Shown here in pieces: positions 29,548-45,440 of a DNA stretch of 64,000 bases. A program made the position numbers and the translations under genes. The first letter of the stretch is position 1. Every line of letters starts with the position of its first letter. The notes below the pieces were generated by a model. It ran no database searches. It was not told where the DNA came from and saw only the letters and a list, made by a program, of their open reading frames with translations. The stretch is from the human T2T-CHM13v2.0 reference genome, Homo sapiens: the NCBI RefSeq assembly GCF_009914755.1, contig NC_060935.1. One strand, given 5' to 3'.

Positions 29548-30359
29548 CTGAACAAATAAGGCAAGGTCAGCACACAGTTAAGGACAGTAGTAAAGCCCTG
29601 TCCTGGCTCTAGAAGCTAGAGGTCTCACCCTATTGCTCTTTTAAGAATCATGCCAAATACCAGCTCCTTCAAAAGCCTTGAATAGTCTTCCCTTTTCCTC
29701 TCACTAAAACCCCCTTTGAACGACTTCTTTCTGTTCTGCACTGCCACAAAACTTAGTACTCCTCTCATTAATGCTAATGTTACAATCACCTGAAAACACT
29801 GTTTCCAAAGAAACTCCATTTCTTGTTCTGCCCCTACCCCATTGTTCTGGCTGTTAAGAGCCTTAAGAGTTTCTGTATATACTGCACCTCCACATTTATG
29901 TGGTGTTGGACCCTTTATTCACTGATAAGGTCACAGTTTTAAATGACATTTTTCTCATGTGTTCTCTCTCTCTGGAACACTCTCAGTCTCCACACAACCC
30001 ACCCATTTACACACCACAGCTTTTCTGCAAGCTCTGCTTATCACTAACTCTACTCATCTTTCTGGTCACATAGTAAGCACGACTCTTCTAGACTTCTTCC
30101 CTGATCGGAAACTAGGAGAGAACCCACTGGTATACAAGCATTCATTGCTTTCTGTACTTCCCTGATTATGTCTCTAACCTCCTTTCTAATGTTTTTTTAA
30201 AATTTTTATTTTATTTTTAATTGACAAATAATAATTGTATATATGTATGGGTACAATATGATGTTTTAATACATGTATGCATCATGAAATGACCAAATCA
30301 AGCTATTTTACATATCCATCCCCCAAAACACTTATCATTTCTTTGTGGTAAATATATTT

Positions 30360-30519
30360 ATTTATATTTATTTTTTAATTTTTTTGAGGCAGGGTCTCAC
30401 TTTTTCTCCCAGGCTGAGTGCAGTGGTACCATCAGGGCTCACTGCAGCCCCTTCCTCCTAGGTTCAAGCTATCCTCCTGCCTCAGCCTTCTGAGTAGCTA
30501 GGACTACAGATGCATGCCA
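30360..30519 (-). mobile_element. Alu right-arm monomer (FRAM/AluJ-like)
   Basis: T-rich tail plus gaggcagggtctcac...gtagctaggactacag. Confidence 0.8.
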
Positions 30520-30548
30520 TGTGGTGAGAATATTTAAAATCCACGTTT

Positions 30549-30718
30549 AGTCAGGCATGGTGTAATGCACCCGCAGTTCCAGTTACTCTGAAGACTGGCA
30601 CAGGAGAATTGCTTGAACCCAGGAGCTTGAGGCTGCAGTGAGTCATGTTCATGCCACTGGAGTACAGCCTGGGTGAAAGGGCGAGACTGTCTCAAAAAAT
30701 AAAAAATTAAAATTAAAA
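30549..30718 (+). mobile_element. Alu monomer (FRAM-like)
   Basis: agtcaggcatggtg...gaggctgcagtgag...gactgtctc plus A tail. Confidence 0.8.
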
Positions 30719-31289
30719 TACACTCTTAGCTATTTTGAAAAATACAATACACACTATTATTAACTATAGTCACCCTGTTGTGCAAAAACAGGCCTATTTC
30801 CAGGCCTATTACTAGGCCTATTTCTTCTAACCGAAACTTTGTACACTCTGTCCACTCCCATCCCCATGCTCTGGTAACCAGCAGCATTCTACTCTCTACT
30901 TCTATGATTTCAACTCTTTTAGATTCAAAATGTAAGTGAGATCATACAGTATTTGTCTTTCTGTGCCTGGCTTATTTCACTTAGCATAACATCCTCTAGA
31001 TAATCCATGTTGTTGAAAATGACCAATCTTAAATAAGATAGTGCCTTGAAAAACTGAGATTCATATATTTGACTCTGTCTTAGGAGGAGGATATATCCAT
31101 TCTTTTGAGAACCATTTTCATTTGGTGATAGCTAACTTAAAGCATTATCTTCATATGTTCACACTGAAAACATTATGTTCATACTAAAACAAATGAAGAA
31201 CATAACGGAATAAAAATGCAGAGATGTTAGCAAAAGCACACCTATCTCTTACTATTAGCCACACATAGTTTGGATCAATTTACACTTAT

Positions 31290-31480
31290 TAATACATTAA
31301 ACCTCTTTCTGCAACCCTAGGAAGTAATTAACGATATTGTCTTCCTTCTTAAAAAATAAAGAATATTGAGTCACAGTGAAGTTAAGAATTTACCCAACAT
31401 AAGATAATCAGAAAGTTGTGGAGCCAGAATTCAAACCCAGATATTCTGGCTCCAGCATTTATACTATTAACCCCCACTTT
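31290..31480 (+). mobile_element. MIR
   Basis: gaagttaagaatttaccc...ggagccagaattcaaacccag. Confidence 0.65.
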
Positions 31481-32059
31481 ATCATGCTGCTAAATTGCCT
31501 TTAAAAAGAAAATGTCCAGAAGGCACATATTAGGTAATAAACATTTTGTTGAATGACTTGATGAATGAACAAACATTTGAGGTAAGTGGTTTTAGACAAC
31601 CACCCTAGATAAGACTTCCCTCCTAGTAACCCTCTCCAGCCCCAAAAAGGTTATTGTTCTTGTTCTTTTATCATTAAAGAAAGCCCAGGTATAAATATTT
31701 GAGAAGTACTAGACAAGGTCACAGCCTCATATACATTAAGGATTGCCTACACAGTGTGATTAGGATGGGATTCCTAGCATAATTATTCTGTTACTTCCAT
31801 TTAGTGTGTGACATGTTACCTTGAATTTTTTATGTTTTAACCTTTTTCTCTAAGTAAATGTTAAACCCCTCAAGACCAGGGTAAATATTTCTAAAATGTT
31901 TTAATATTACCCTACATTTTTATTTTAATTATCTGTTTATCAATCACTTTTGAATATATTTTTAATGTAATCATCAGATCTACTCTGACAAGCTGAGTAG
32001 ATGTTATTATTGCCATGTTGGAGATGAAGAGCTGTTACAAAATAATAATAATTAGGTCC

Positions 32060-32165
32060 ACAAGAAATCCTGAATTCAATGACTTTGGGTAGTGTCTGAA
32101 CATTGGCATTTTTGAAAGCTTTCCAGATGATTCTAATATGCCACCTGGGTTGAACACCACTACCT
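32060..32165. mobile_element. MER5A-like hAT fragment
   Basis: gctttccagatgattctaatatgc...gggttgaacaccact. Confidence 0.55.
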
Positions 32166-33509
32166 AAGACTATTTAGCCAACTGTACTGTTTACAAGTTA
32201 TGAAACAATGACAACCATTAAATTATAATAAGAAAGTGTAATTGCATATTTCCAAACTTACTGGCCAAATGTAGCTTTAAAAATAGCATTTTTATATTAA
32301 AAATACAAAAGTAAATAGTCTGGGCATAAATAAAAAGCAAAGCAGGAACAACAAAGATCTCATCTACAGAAAGCTGACATAGTAAGGTACAACTAACAGG
32401 TTTACCATCTCTTTATCATCCAATACAGAACAGTCGCCAGGCTAAGCGTTTTTAATGAATCACTGAAAATATTTTCAAAAACCTTGTAAAGTAAGAACTA
32501 TTATACTCAATTTACAGATGACTTGTATAAAGATCTTAGAAGCTGTTTACCTTGTCAAAAGTCAAACTAGTTGAAAAGGAATTCTGTACCCTGGAATCTA
32601 TGACTCTTTTCATCTCAGGGTTAAAACTAAGGCAAAAAATGTACTGAAGGATACGGAAGGATAAATATTAAATTGAGAGACATGAGAAAAGCCTACTCCA
32701 ATAGCTCCTATAGGCCATATACATTATGCTTAGTTGCCAGTAAAGTATGTTAGTTAAACACAGGTCTTGCGTTTCATCTTCCATCAAGCATGACTACTTT
32801 AGTTTATTACTTACTCATGAGTTACCCCTATAGTCCTAGCCAGCACCATTTCCTCTTTAGTTGGTATATGAATTAATGTGTTTGTGTCATAATACCTCAA
32901 ACTTTTCTGACTTTCTATGCATTACCTTGATTCTTATATATTATCACAAGGACATTCCATGGAGAAGCAGAAGCCCCAAAGGTACCTCATTTCTCCTTAT
33001 AACTTCCTCTCAACTCTAGGATCTGGCTTACTCCTCCTTTCTACTCTTTTCCTGCACCCAGGTAGTAAGTTTTTCAAAAGCAGGATCCATTTTTTACAGC
33101 TATGTATCCTCAGCCCTAACACAGTGGTAGTTTTCAGTAAATCTTTGTTGAATTGAGCTGAATTTTTAAACACAGGTACCATGCTCTGATAAGCATTTTA
33201 TTTGGTTACAACTCTCAAGTTTGTTCAAATATTTACAATCTTTGTGGTTATTTTATTCACAAAGCTTGTATGTCCACCAATAACTTTAAATTGCACAGCT
33301 TGCAGTATCATGGAAAATATTATGAAGTGGTCACTGAAAACTCCCCACTGTTATCAAGAAGATGAAGTCATATATATATATATATATATATGAAACAAAA
33401 AGCAGGCACTTCAAGAAAATTCCTAGTTACATTATTCTTACTCCCACAATCTGTAGGCAACTCTATCCATCAAATTTGGTAATCAATAAATCTTGAGTGA
33501 ATACACATA

Positions 33510-33870
33510 TGGGAGCTAAAAAAAAGAAATTGAACTCATGGAGACAGAGAATAGGCTGAGAAGAGTAGTGGGAAGTGGGGAGATGAAGAGGCAATGGTTA
33601 ACAGGTACATGAACACAGTACCCATTAAAAGGAATAATATCTATTGTTTGATAGCACAATAAGGCAACTATAGTTAACAATAATTTACTGTATATTCCAA
33701 AATAACTAAAAGAGTGGAATTACAATTTTTCCAACATAAAGAAATGATAAATGGTTGAGGTGATAGATATCCCAGCTACTCTTATGACATATTGCATGTT
33801 TGTATCAAAATATCATGTGTATTTTATACATATATACAATTACTATAATAATTAAAAATTAAAATTGTTT
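33510..33870 (+). mobile_element. L1MA-type 3' end
   Basis: gggagctaaaaaa...gaactcatggagacagag...ctatagttaacaataattta. Confidence 0.75.
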
Positions 33871-34049
33871 AAGAAGGTAAATCTAAGCAAGCTTCAAAAA
33901 GAAGTCTTGTGTGAATAAATGAATGGATGAATAGAAATAAATAATAAGTACATTTAGAATACATATATTTTGACAAATATAAATGCACAAATATTTCTAT
34001 TAACAGATTTTGAAAAGACTAAAGATTTAGTCTGAAAAGAAAGTAGGAC

Positions 34050-37000
34050 AAGACCCAAGATGGCCGACTAGATACAGCCAGGAGGAACATCTCACACTGA
34101 GAGACAGGGACATGGGGAAGACTAGCAAACTCTGAGCAGATCTTCAGCAGGAAAGCATTGAGAGTGGATGCAGTTAGGACACAGACAGTGGGCTGAACTT
34201 GAGGAGGAAGCTGGGAGCCCTGTAGGGGGCTGCTGAGCACTGGGGCTCGCTCCTGGACCCCAGCAACTCCTGCGGAATGAGCTAAACAGGTGAGGAGTGC
34301 TCTGTCCTCACCAGGAATCCCCAAAAATCCTGGCAACAAGACAGCCCATGACTCCCACGGACACTTGAGCTGGCAGAGAGTTGGCAGAGAGATGGAAGAA
34401 ACAGGATTCCAGCCTGTGCAGAGCCCACAGGGTTTGGGACAGGAACAGCTGCAGTGGAGTATGGCTAGGGTGCCCATCCCCAAAGACTCTCCATGGCCTT
34501 CTAAGTGACGTCAGCCTTTGAGAGACTGTTGGACCTGGACAGAACATGGTGGTGTTGCAAATGGGATGGGACCAGTCCAAATTGCACATCCTCTGTCTGC
34601 TGGCCTCTCCTGGGTACAGCCTGGCTATATGTACCTGCTTGAAGCACAGCCTCTGATGGCCAACCAAGTTGCTTCCCAGGGGTTATCATCATAGCTCCTT
34701 CACTGGAAGACTGTGTCTGTTTGTTGAAGAGCTCCAGTAGACCAGCCCCTGACGATGCACACTAGCCAACCTGCAGCCTTGACCCACTACAGTCTCCCTC
34801 TCCCCATGTGGGCAGACCTCACCTCCCTTACCCAGCCAGTACGTGTGTGTGAATGCATCCCACTGTGTCACCACAGATGATGCAAACAGAGCTAACTGTC
34901 CAAACCCTTGCTGATGCAGGAGTGCCCTGTTACCCTTCCACCAACAGCACAAATGTGTACATGGACGCTGGCAACTCTGCCTCTGCCACCGCCCTGCACC
35001 AGCCACACTGCCACTGCCATAGGCATGAGCATACACAGGACCACTTCAGGCTCACTCCCACCAGTGTGCCACCCAAGCCAACAGGAGTAAACCCTGCCAG
35101 CACCAGCTTTGTAGAGTTGTGGCCAGTAGACTGGGACACCTCAGCCCCCCGAGTGAATCAGATTCCTAACCTCAAAGGGCCAGAGACTGCAGCTGAGGGC
35201 CTAGTACAGCCATCCAGAGTTAACAGGCAGTCCAGGAGTGCTAAGCTGATCCTTGGCCCCCTAAAACCTTCCAGAAATAAAGTCAGTCTACTGAACCTAC
35301 CTCAAACCACAACCAAACTTCCAAAGGCATCAAAGAAAATAAAATTGTAAAAAACTCCATCCAAAGAACAGTAACTTCAAAGACTAAAGGAACATCAGCC
35401 CACCAACAGTGTTCAAGCTGAGAGCCAAATCCAGATCATAATCCCATTCACAATATCCACAACAATAATAAAATACCTAGAAATACAAATAACCAGGTAA
35501 ATAAAACACCTCTGTAAGAGAATTACAAAACACTGCTGAAAGAAATCAGAAATAACACAAACAAATGAAAAAAAAATTCCATGTTCATAAATGGGAAGAA
35601 TCATTATAGTTAAAATGGCCATACTGGCCAAAGCAATTTACAGATTCAATACCATTCCTATCAAACTACCAATGCCAGTCATCACAGAATTAGAAAAAAA
35701 ACTATTTTAAATTCATATGGAACCAAAAAAGAACCCAAATAGCCAAAGCTATACCAAGCAAAAAGAACAAAGCTGGAGGCCTCACATTACCTGACTTCGA
35801 ATTATACTACAAGACTACAATAACAATATAAATGGTGCTAGGAAAACTGGCTAGCCATTTGCAAAAGATTTAATCTGGACCCCTTCCTTAAAGCAATATA
35901 AAAATCAACTCAAGATGAATGAAAGACTTAAATATAAAGCAATATAAAAATTAATTCAAGATGAATGAAAGACTTAATGTAAAACCTAAAACTACAAAAA
36001 GCCTGGAAGATAACCTGGTAAAAATACCATTCAGGACATAGACCTTGGCAAAGATTTCATGATGAAGACAACAAAAGCAATTAAAACAAAACCAAAAATG
36101 GACAAATAAGATCTAATTAAACTAAGTAGCTTCTGTACAACAAAAGAAACTACAACAGACAACCTACAGAATGGATGAAAATATTTGAAAACCATGCATA
36201 TGACAAAGACCTAGTACACAGATTCTGTGAGAAACTTAAACAAATTAACAAGCAAAAAACAAACAATCTCATTAAAAAGTGGGGTAAGAACATCAAAAGA
36301 CACTTTTCCAAAGAAGACATACAGCTGGCCAACAAGCATATGAAAACAATATTCAACATCACTAATTATTAGAGAAATGCAAATCAAAACCACAATGAAA
36401 TACCATCTCACACCAGTCAGAATGGCTATAATTAAAAAGTTAAAAAATAACAGATTCCGGGAAGGTTGCAGAGAAAAGGGAACACTTACATGCTGTTCAT
36501 GGGAATGTGAATTAGATCAGCCCCTGTGGAAAATAGTTTTGCAATTTCTCAACGAAATTAAAACCAAACTTTCATTTGATCCAGCAATCCCATGATTGAA
36601 TATATACCCAAAGGGATATAAATCATTCTACCATAAAGACACATGCACACATACATTCATCACAGCACTATTCACAAGAGCAAAGACATGGAATCAACCT
36701 AAATGCTCATTAATGACAGACTGGAAAAAGAAAATATGGTGTATACATATACCATGGAATACTGCACAGCCATAAAAAGAAACAAGATCATGTCCTTTGC
36801 AAGAAATATGAATGGCCTGGAGATGATTATCCTAAAACAGAAAACCAAATACCGAGAACATGTTCTCACTTAAAAATTGAGAGCTAAACACTGAGTAAAC
36901 AGGAACGTAAAGAATGGAACAACAGACACAGGGGTCTACTTGAGGGTAGAGGGTGGGAGGAGCGTGACATTCAACAAACTATGTGGTACTATGCTTATTA

Positions 37001-37108
37001 CTTGGGTGAAAAAAATAATCTGTACACTAAATCCCCATGAAACACAATTTATCCCTATAGTAAACCTGCACATGTACCACTGATCCTAAAATAAAACTTT
37101 AAAAAAAA
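34050..37108 (+). mobile_element. L1PA15/16-like element retaining 5'UTR and 3' end but with a large internal deletion
   Basis: Starts ccaagatggccgactaga; GC-rich 5'UTR; jumps to late ORF2 near 35403; 3'UTR tactatgcttattacttgggtga...ctaaaataaaa. Confidence 0.8.
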
Positions 37109-38963
<1,855 letters not shown>

Positions 38964-39008
38964 GAATATGAAACAAAAAAATAAATTAATTAAAAAATAA
39001 ATAAATAA

Positions 39009-39427
<419 letters not shown>

Positions 39428-39879
39428 TCACAGGTCTTAAAGTAAAATTGACCAGTAAAATCCCACTATTACCTCTTTCAAGTTATGGAAAAATTATTTG
39501 AATTTTCTAATGTTTGCGTTACCCATCTGCCAAGAGAGAACATAATACCACTATGTGAGGAAATTCAGCCACAAGCTACTTGTAACAGGACTCTAAAATG
39601 TTTTCTATTCAATAAATGCAATCCTTAGTAAACTTTTGTTTTATTCTGCTACTTTTGGGAAGAAAGAAGAAAAAAAAAAGGAAGAAAGGAAGCAAGGGAG
39701 GGTAAGAAGCATGAAAGAAAGCTAGCTAACTGCATTACTATAAAATGGCGACAGATATTTTTAAAAACATATTTTAAAGATTTTATTTTATAAAAGTAAT
39801 AAAAAATGTAAATTGTCTAGTAAAAAACTTAACAAAAAAACAAACCACAAGACACATGTAAAAACAAGGAACTAAAGGA

Positions 39880-40480
39880 ACGTAAGAGAAGGGCTAAGTA
39901 GATAATTAATACACCATGTTTCATGTAGGGAGATTTAATATTGTAAAGATGTCAATCTCTCAAAATTGATTTACAAACTCGATGTAACTCCAGTCAAACT
40001 CCAATAGGTTTTCTTCATAAAACTTGACAAGCCGACTTTCAAATGTATGCAGAAATGCAAAACAGCAGAAACAAAGTAAAACACTAAAAGAAAAGGAGAA
40101 ATAATTTGGCCTTCACATAATAGAACTTACTATAAAGTTACAGTAATTCAGAATGTGTTTCTTGTGTATAGATAGATAAACTGACCAACGGAGCAAAACA
40201 AAGACCCATAAACAACTATATAAGTATCAATTATACATATATAGATGGCATGTCAGATTAATGGGAAAAGAAGAGTCTATTCGATGAAGAAAAACATTGG
40301 TTATCATATGCAAACAAAATCACGTAACATCCTTGTTTCAAACCACCCCAAAACATTAGTTCCTGAATAGTTAAGAACTTAAATATCAAAATCAAAATTC
40401 AAAACTTTTAATAGAACATAATATATTAATCTTTTGGACATTAGCGTAGGTATGGATTTCTCAAGACATAAAAAGTTAGA
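39880..40480 (+). mobile_element. Decayed old L1 ORF2 fragment
   Basis: caccatgtttcatg...tttaatattgtaaagatgtcaat. Confidence 0.65.
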
Positions 40481-42497
40481 AATGAATCAAAACAAGTAAT
40501 ATATTAAATATACAGGCAAAATAAAACTATTTTTTTCAATGTTAAAGAAAGGAGAAACTCAAAATTCACAATAGTGGTAATCTTTTGCAGGAAGAGAGAA
40601 GAAAAAGATAGATATATGATAAGATAACCAAATACATAGATGTAAATTACTCACAATGTTCTAATTCTAGGTGTATGTATGGATATTCATTATATCATAA
40701 GTAATTTGTATAAAATAAATAAAGGAGGATCATGTTTAAATTAACAAATTGGGATAGGAACTGAGGAATATTAGTAATCAGATTCTGTCCATTTAATAAA
40801 AACAAAAATAATTATGTATGTAAATCGTTTAATTGAATGCCTGTCATATAGCAATAATTCCTATTAATAATAATAGGAACACTATTCTCTGGATTACCAC
40901 TGAATTCTACATCCTAGATCAGCTGTGCTTCATACAAGCTAATTACAATCACATGACACAACATAATTTTCAAAGAATCAGTTCCCTTTGGTATTGATGC
41001 AATATTTTTTGGCAACAAGTTTGAATCATAACTTGTCATCTGTTGTTGTCTGGTACAATCCACACTTTTTATATGAATAGTGTATACAAATATAACAAGA
41101 GATGGGGTCATATCTGTATATTTTTCCTGAAGTAGGCCACAAAACAACTCTATTTTAATGACACTGACTAAGAATATGTGTAAGACAGATGCTTTTCTTA
41201 TCTTGAATTTGTTCACGTGCTTGATATTTCCAACTTAACTGTTGGCAAAATGTCAACTTTGTGTTTATTGTCAGCATATGAAATATAGTTCCTGAAAGGG
41301 AGACAGGATAATAAATAGTGTTTTCAGGAAAGCAGTAATTTTCATTGACTGATATAAAAAGCAATTAATATGTCCAGTTAGGTTATTTCTACATCTTAAG
41401 TTGGAACACCTTAGGGATACAGTTTAATGGATATACCAGTAAGTGGACAAATAGATATAATACCTTCTGGACTATCTAAAAAAGATTAAACATGATTTTC
41501 TATCTCAATCAGTGAAATAATTATCATTTGAGAGTGATAGGTTTTTCTTGTTTATATAGGCTTCCAGAGAAATAGAATAATTATCTCTTTTGATCTGGCA
41601 TTTGCATATGATAAGAACATTTTAGCTCAAAGGATTGTATATGACAATTGTATTTGTAGTTTTAATGTAGCTGAATAGTTAATTTAAAATATATCACCTA
41701 AAATCTATAACATAAATTCAGGAATTAAGAGATACAAATAAATCATCCATATTTCCTTTGAGATTCAATGCTTTAAAGAAAATTTTTATATATCTTCATT
41801 GTCTAACTATGTATTGCATGTCTGGAAGTGTTTTATTATTGTGTTTATATTAAATCCCACAGTAATTTAATTCAAAGTGGATTTAAGTGTCCCCTTGGGA
41901 TAAATAGAGCTTATTTTAACATCAACTTCTTTACGATTCTGCAAAACCCAACTGGAAATTTTACCAAGAACCCACTTTCTTATACATGTTTGTTCCTGAA
42001 TATAGTTAGTTTTTTAAACTAAGAAGAAAACTTTTTACTAGGTTTTCAGAGTACAAAAGGTTCTCATTCAGAAGCAGTGGAGTGAGGAAAATGGAGACGG
42101 ACCCATTTTTAAGTGGCAAGATTATAAGAAAACATTTTATCTAGTTACTACATGAGCAATATTCTATTAGCTAAACAGATTGTTTTGTTTGATCATTATT
42201 AATCCATAACCTTCACAAGCATCAGTTACTTCAGGTGTTTATTTTTAAAAAATGACTGCTCTAAGTTATGTGTCCAGTCCATTCTATGTGAATGATTTGT
42301 TTTACCCTTCCCAGCTACTCCAGAGTTTTTTAATTTAATCAGGTTAGTTGTCACTAGATGGAAGTGTTATTTTCAAGTTACAAGTCCCACCTGTCAAGGT
42401 ATCTAAGATACATAATCAACTGAGGATTCCATATGTAATTTTTAAAACTACAAATAGATTTAAAATGAGGAAGTATAAACAAAACAAAGATTAGTTT

Positions 42498-43874
42498 TTG
42501 TTATGAACTAAATGCCGTTTCTCTCCAAAATTCATTTGTTGAAGCCCTAGTCACCAATGTGATGGTATTTGGAGTTAAGGCCTTTGATACAAAATTAGAT
42601 GTAGATGAAGTCATGAGAATGGAGTCCCCATGATAGGATTAGTGCCTTTATTTTTAAAAAACATTTTTGTTATACTTTAAGTTCTGGGCTACATGTGCAG
42701 AACGTGTAGGTTTTTTACATAGGTATACACGTACCATGGTGGTTTGCTGCACCCATGAACCCATCAACTACATTAGGTATTTCTCCTAATGCTATCCCTC
42801 CCCTAGCCCCCCACCACCCAACAAGCCCCAGTTTGTGTGCCCTCCTATGTCCATGTGTTCTCATTGTTCAACTCCCATCTATGAGTGATAACATGCAGTG
42901 TTTGGTTTTCTGCTGTTGTGTTAGTTTGCTGTGAATGATGGTTTCCAGCGTCATCCATGTCCCTGCAAAGGACATGAACTCACCCTTTTTTATGGCTGCA
43001 TAGTATTCCATGCTGTATTTGTGCCATATTTTCTTTACCCAGTCTATCATTGATGGGCATTTGGGTTGATTCCAAGTCTTTGCTATTGTTAACACTGCTG
43101 CAATAAACATACATGTGCATGTGTCTTTATAGAATGATTTATAACCCTTTGGGTATATGCCTAGTAATGTGATTGCTGGGTCAAATGGTATTTCTATTCT
43201 AGATCCTTGAGGAATTGCCACACTGTCTTCCACAATGGTTGAACTAATTTACACTCTCACCAACAGTCTAAAAGCATTCTATTTCTCCACATCCTCTCCA
43301 GCATCTGTTGTTTCCTGACTTTTTAATGATTGCCATTCTAACTGGTGTGAGATGGTATCTCATTGTGGTTTTGATTTGCATTTCTGTGATGACCAGCAAT
43401 GATGAGCATTTTTTCATGTGTCTGTTGGCTGCATAAATGTCTTCTTTTAAGAAGTGTCTGTTCATATCCTTTGCTCACTTTATGATGGGGTTTTTTTTTT
43501 CTTGTAAATTTGTTTAAGTTCTTTGTAGATTCTGGATATTAGCCCTTTGTCAGATGGATAGACTGCAAAAATTTTCTCCCATTCTGTAGGTTGCCTGTTC
43601 ACTCTGATGGGATCTGATTAAACTAAAGAACTTCTGCACAGCAAAAGGATTAATGCCTTTATAAGAAGAGGAGGACACCAGAATACCTCCTCTCCTTCTC
43701 TCACCAGGTTAGGATACAGCAAAAAGGCAGCCATCTGTCAACAAGGAAGAGGGCCCTCATCAAACCCTAAATCTATTGACACTGTAGTCTTGCACTTCCC
43801 AAGCAACAGAAAAATGTTTGTTGTTTAAGCTGCCTAGTCTATGATATTTAGTTATACCAGCCTGAACCAAGACA
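42498..43874 (+). mobile_element. MaLR solo LTR (MLT1A-like) split by an L1 insertion
   Basis: tgttatgaactaaatg...caaaattcat...ggattagtgcctttat [L1] ...aagaagag...tgttgtttaagc...ccaagaca. Confidence 0.8.
42652..43646 (-). mobile_element. 5'-truncated L1PA7-like element with a short 5' inversion
   Basis: TSD ggattagtgcctttat / ggattaatgcctttat (42636-42651, 43647-43662); inverted segment about 43609-43646. Confidence 0.92.
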
Positions 43875-44224
43875 ATCCTATAGAAAAATATTTTAAATGC
43901 CATTTAAAGTAAGTTATTGAAGAACATAATATCTAGGTATACCAAGCACATGGTTATTTTCTTAAAATCTCAAACAGTTTCTTATCTTAAATATCCTACT
44001 TAATAAATATTAATTTTGAAATAGTTAATTGAGAGGGATACAATTTCCTTACCTATAAAACAAATATAACATAATAATCCTAGCTGTTAGGGCTTTTGTG
44101 AAAAGTAAACACAGTCTAAAAAATGCAGGCAGTATATAGAGTTAACTTATTGCCATAGGGTCACTGGATCACATCCTTTCACTAAACATTGGTCTGTACT
44201 TTTAAAGTAAGTGCTATCTGTTCC

Positions 44225-44730
44225 ACTTATATTATTAATCGAACACATATTTATTGTAATCGGCACATATTTTGGGACACTAGGAGTTCAATAGTGAACT
44301 AAAAACATAAAATTCCCTTTCCCTTAGGCTGCTTATGTTTTAGTAGAGGAAATACATTAATCAAATAACTTGATAAGCAAATACAATTTGTAACAGTGAT
44401 AAATGAGAAACAGAGTATGAATACATGTAACAGGAAATCAGATCTAAATGGGAAGATCAGCAAGCCTTCCTTGATTAATGAAAAGTATAAAGGAAACTGA
44501 GATCTGAAGAATAAAACTAGAAGTCAGCTAGAAATAAGAGGGACATCCATGCAGGGAAAAAAGCAGCATGAGAAATGATGTGTAGCAAATGAAAACATGG
44601 TGTATATGTAATAAATAAATAGTAGGCCAATATGTTTCATTTGGAAATGAAGGGTAATGGAACATAAAGCTGGAGAAGCTAATTGGGGGGAGCTCGCTGG
44701 ACTTTGTAGGTTACATTAAGAATGTCTTTA
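44225..44730 (-). mobile_element. L2 fragment
   Basis: catatttattg...cactaggagttcaatagtgaac...aagccttcc...ctgagatctgaaga. Confidence 0.55.
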
Positions 44731-44732
44731 TC

Positions 44733-45057
<325 letters not shown>

Positions 45058-45084
45058 TTATTTTATTTTATTAGTGCAGAGCAT

Positions 45085-45440
45085 CTCTCTCAGTCTGCTC
45101 TGGATGCTTTAAGAAAATACCATAAACTGTGTGGCTTATAAACAACAAACATTTATTTCTCTCCATTCCGGAGTCTACAAGTTCAAGGTCAAGGCAGATT
45201 CAGTGTCTGGTTAGGGCCCACTTCCTCATAGACAGTGCCTTCTGCTAGCATCCTCACATGGTCACTAACTAGTGCTCTGAAGCCTCTTTCATAAAGGCAC
45301 TAATGCCAGTCATGAGGGCTTTACCTTCATCACCTAATCACCAAGTCACCCAAAGGCTCCACTTCCCAATACTATTGCCTTAAGGGTGAGGATTTCAACA
45401 TATGAATTTTGGGGGGACACAAATATTCAGTCCATAGCAC
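45085..45440 (-). mobile_element. MaLR solo LTR (MLT1A/MST-like)
   Basis: ggcttataaacaacaaacatttatttctc...tttcaacatatgaattttggggggacacaaatattcag. Confidence 0.8.

Larger units (their letters stand above)
30200..31025 (-). mobile_element. L1MA-type 3' end interrupted by two Alu monomers
   Basis: The L1MA text ...ctttgtggt...ttagctattttgaaaaatacaat... resumes after the Alus. Confidence 0.8.

Noticed and set aside
34019-35350. Cluster of 100-165 aa ORFs as an unknown gene
   Set aside because: They lie in the GC-rich 5'UTR of an old L1, where stops are rare; no recognisable domain or splice structure.
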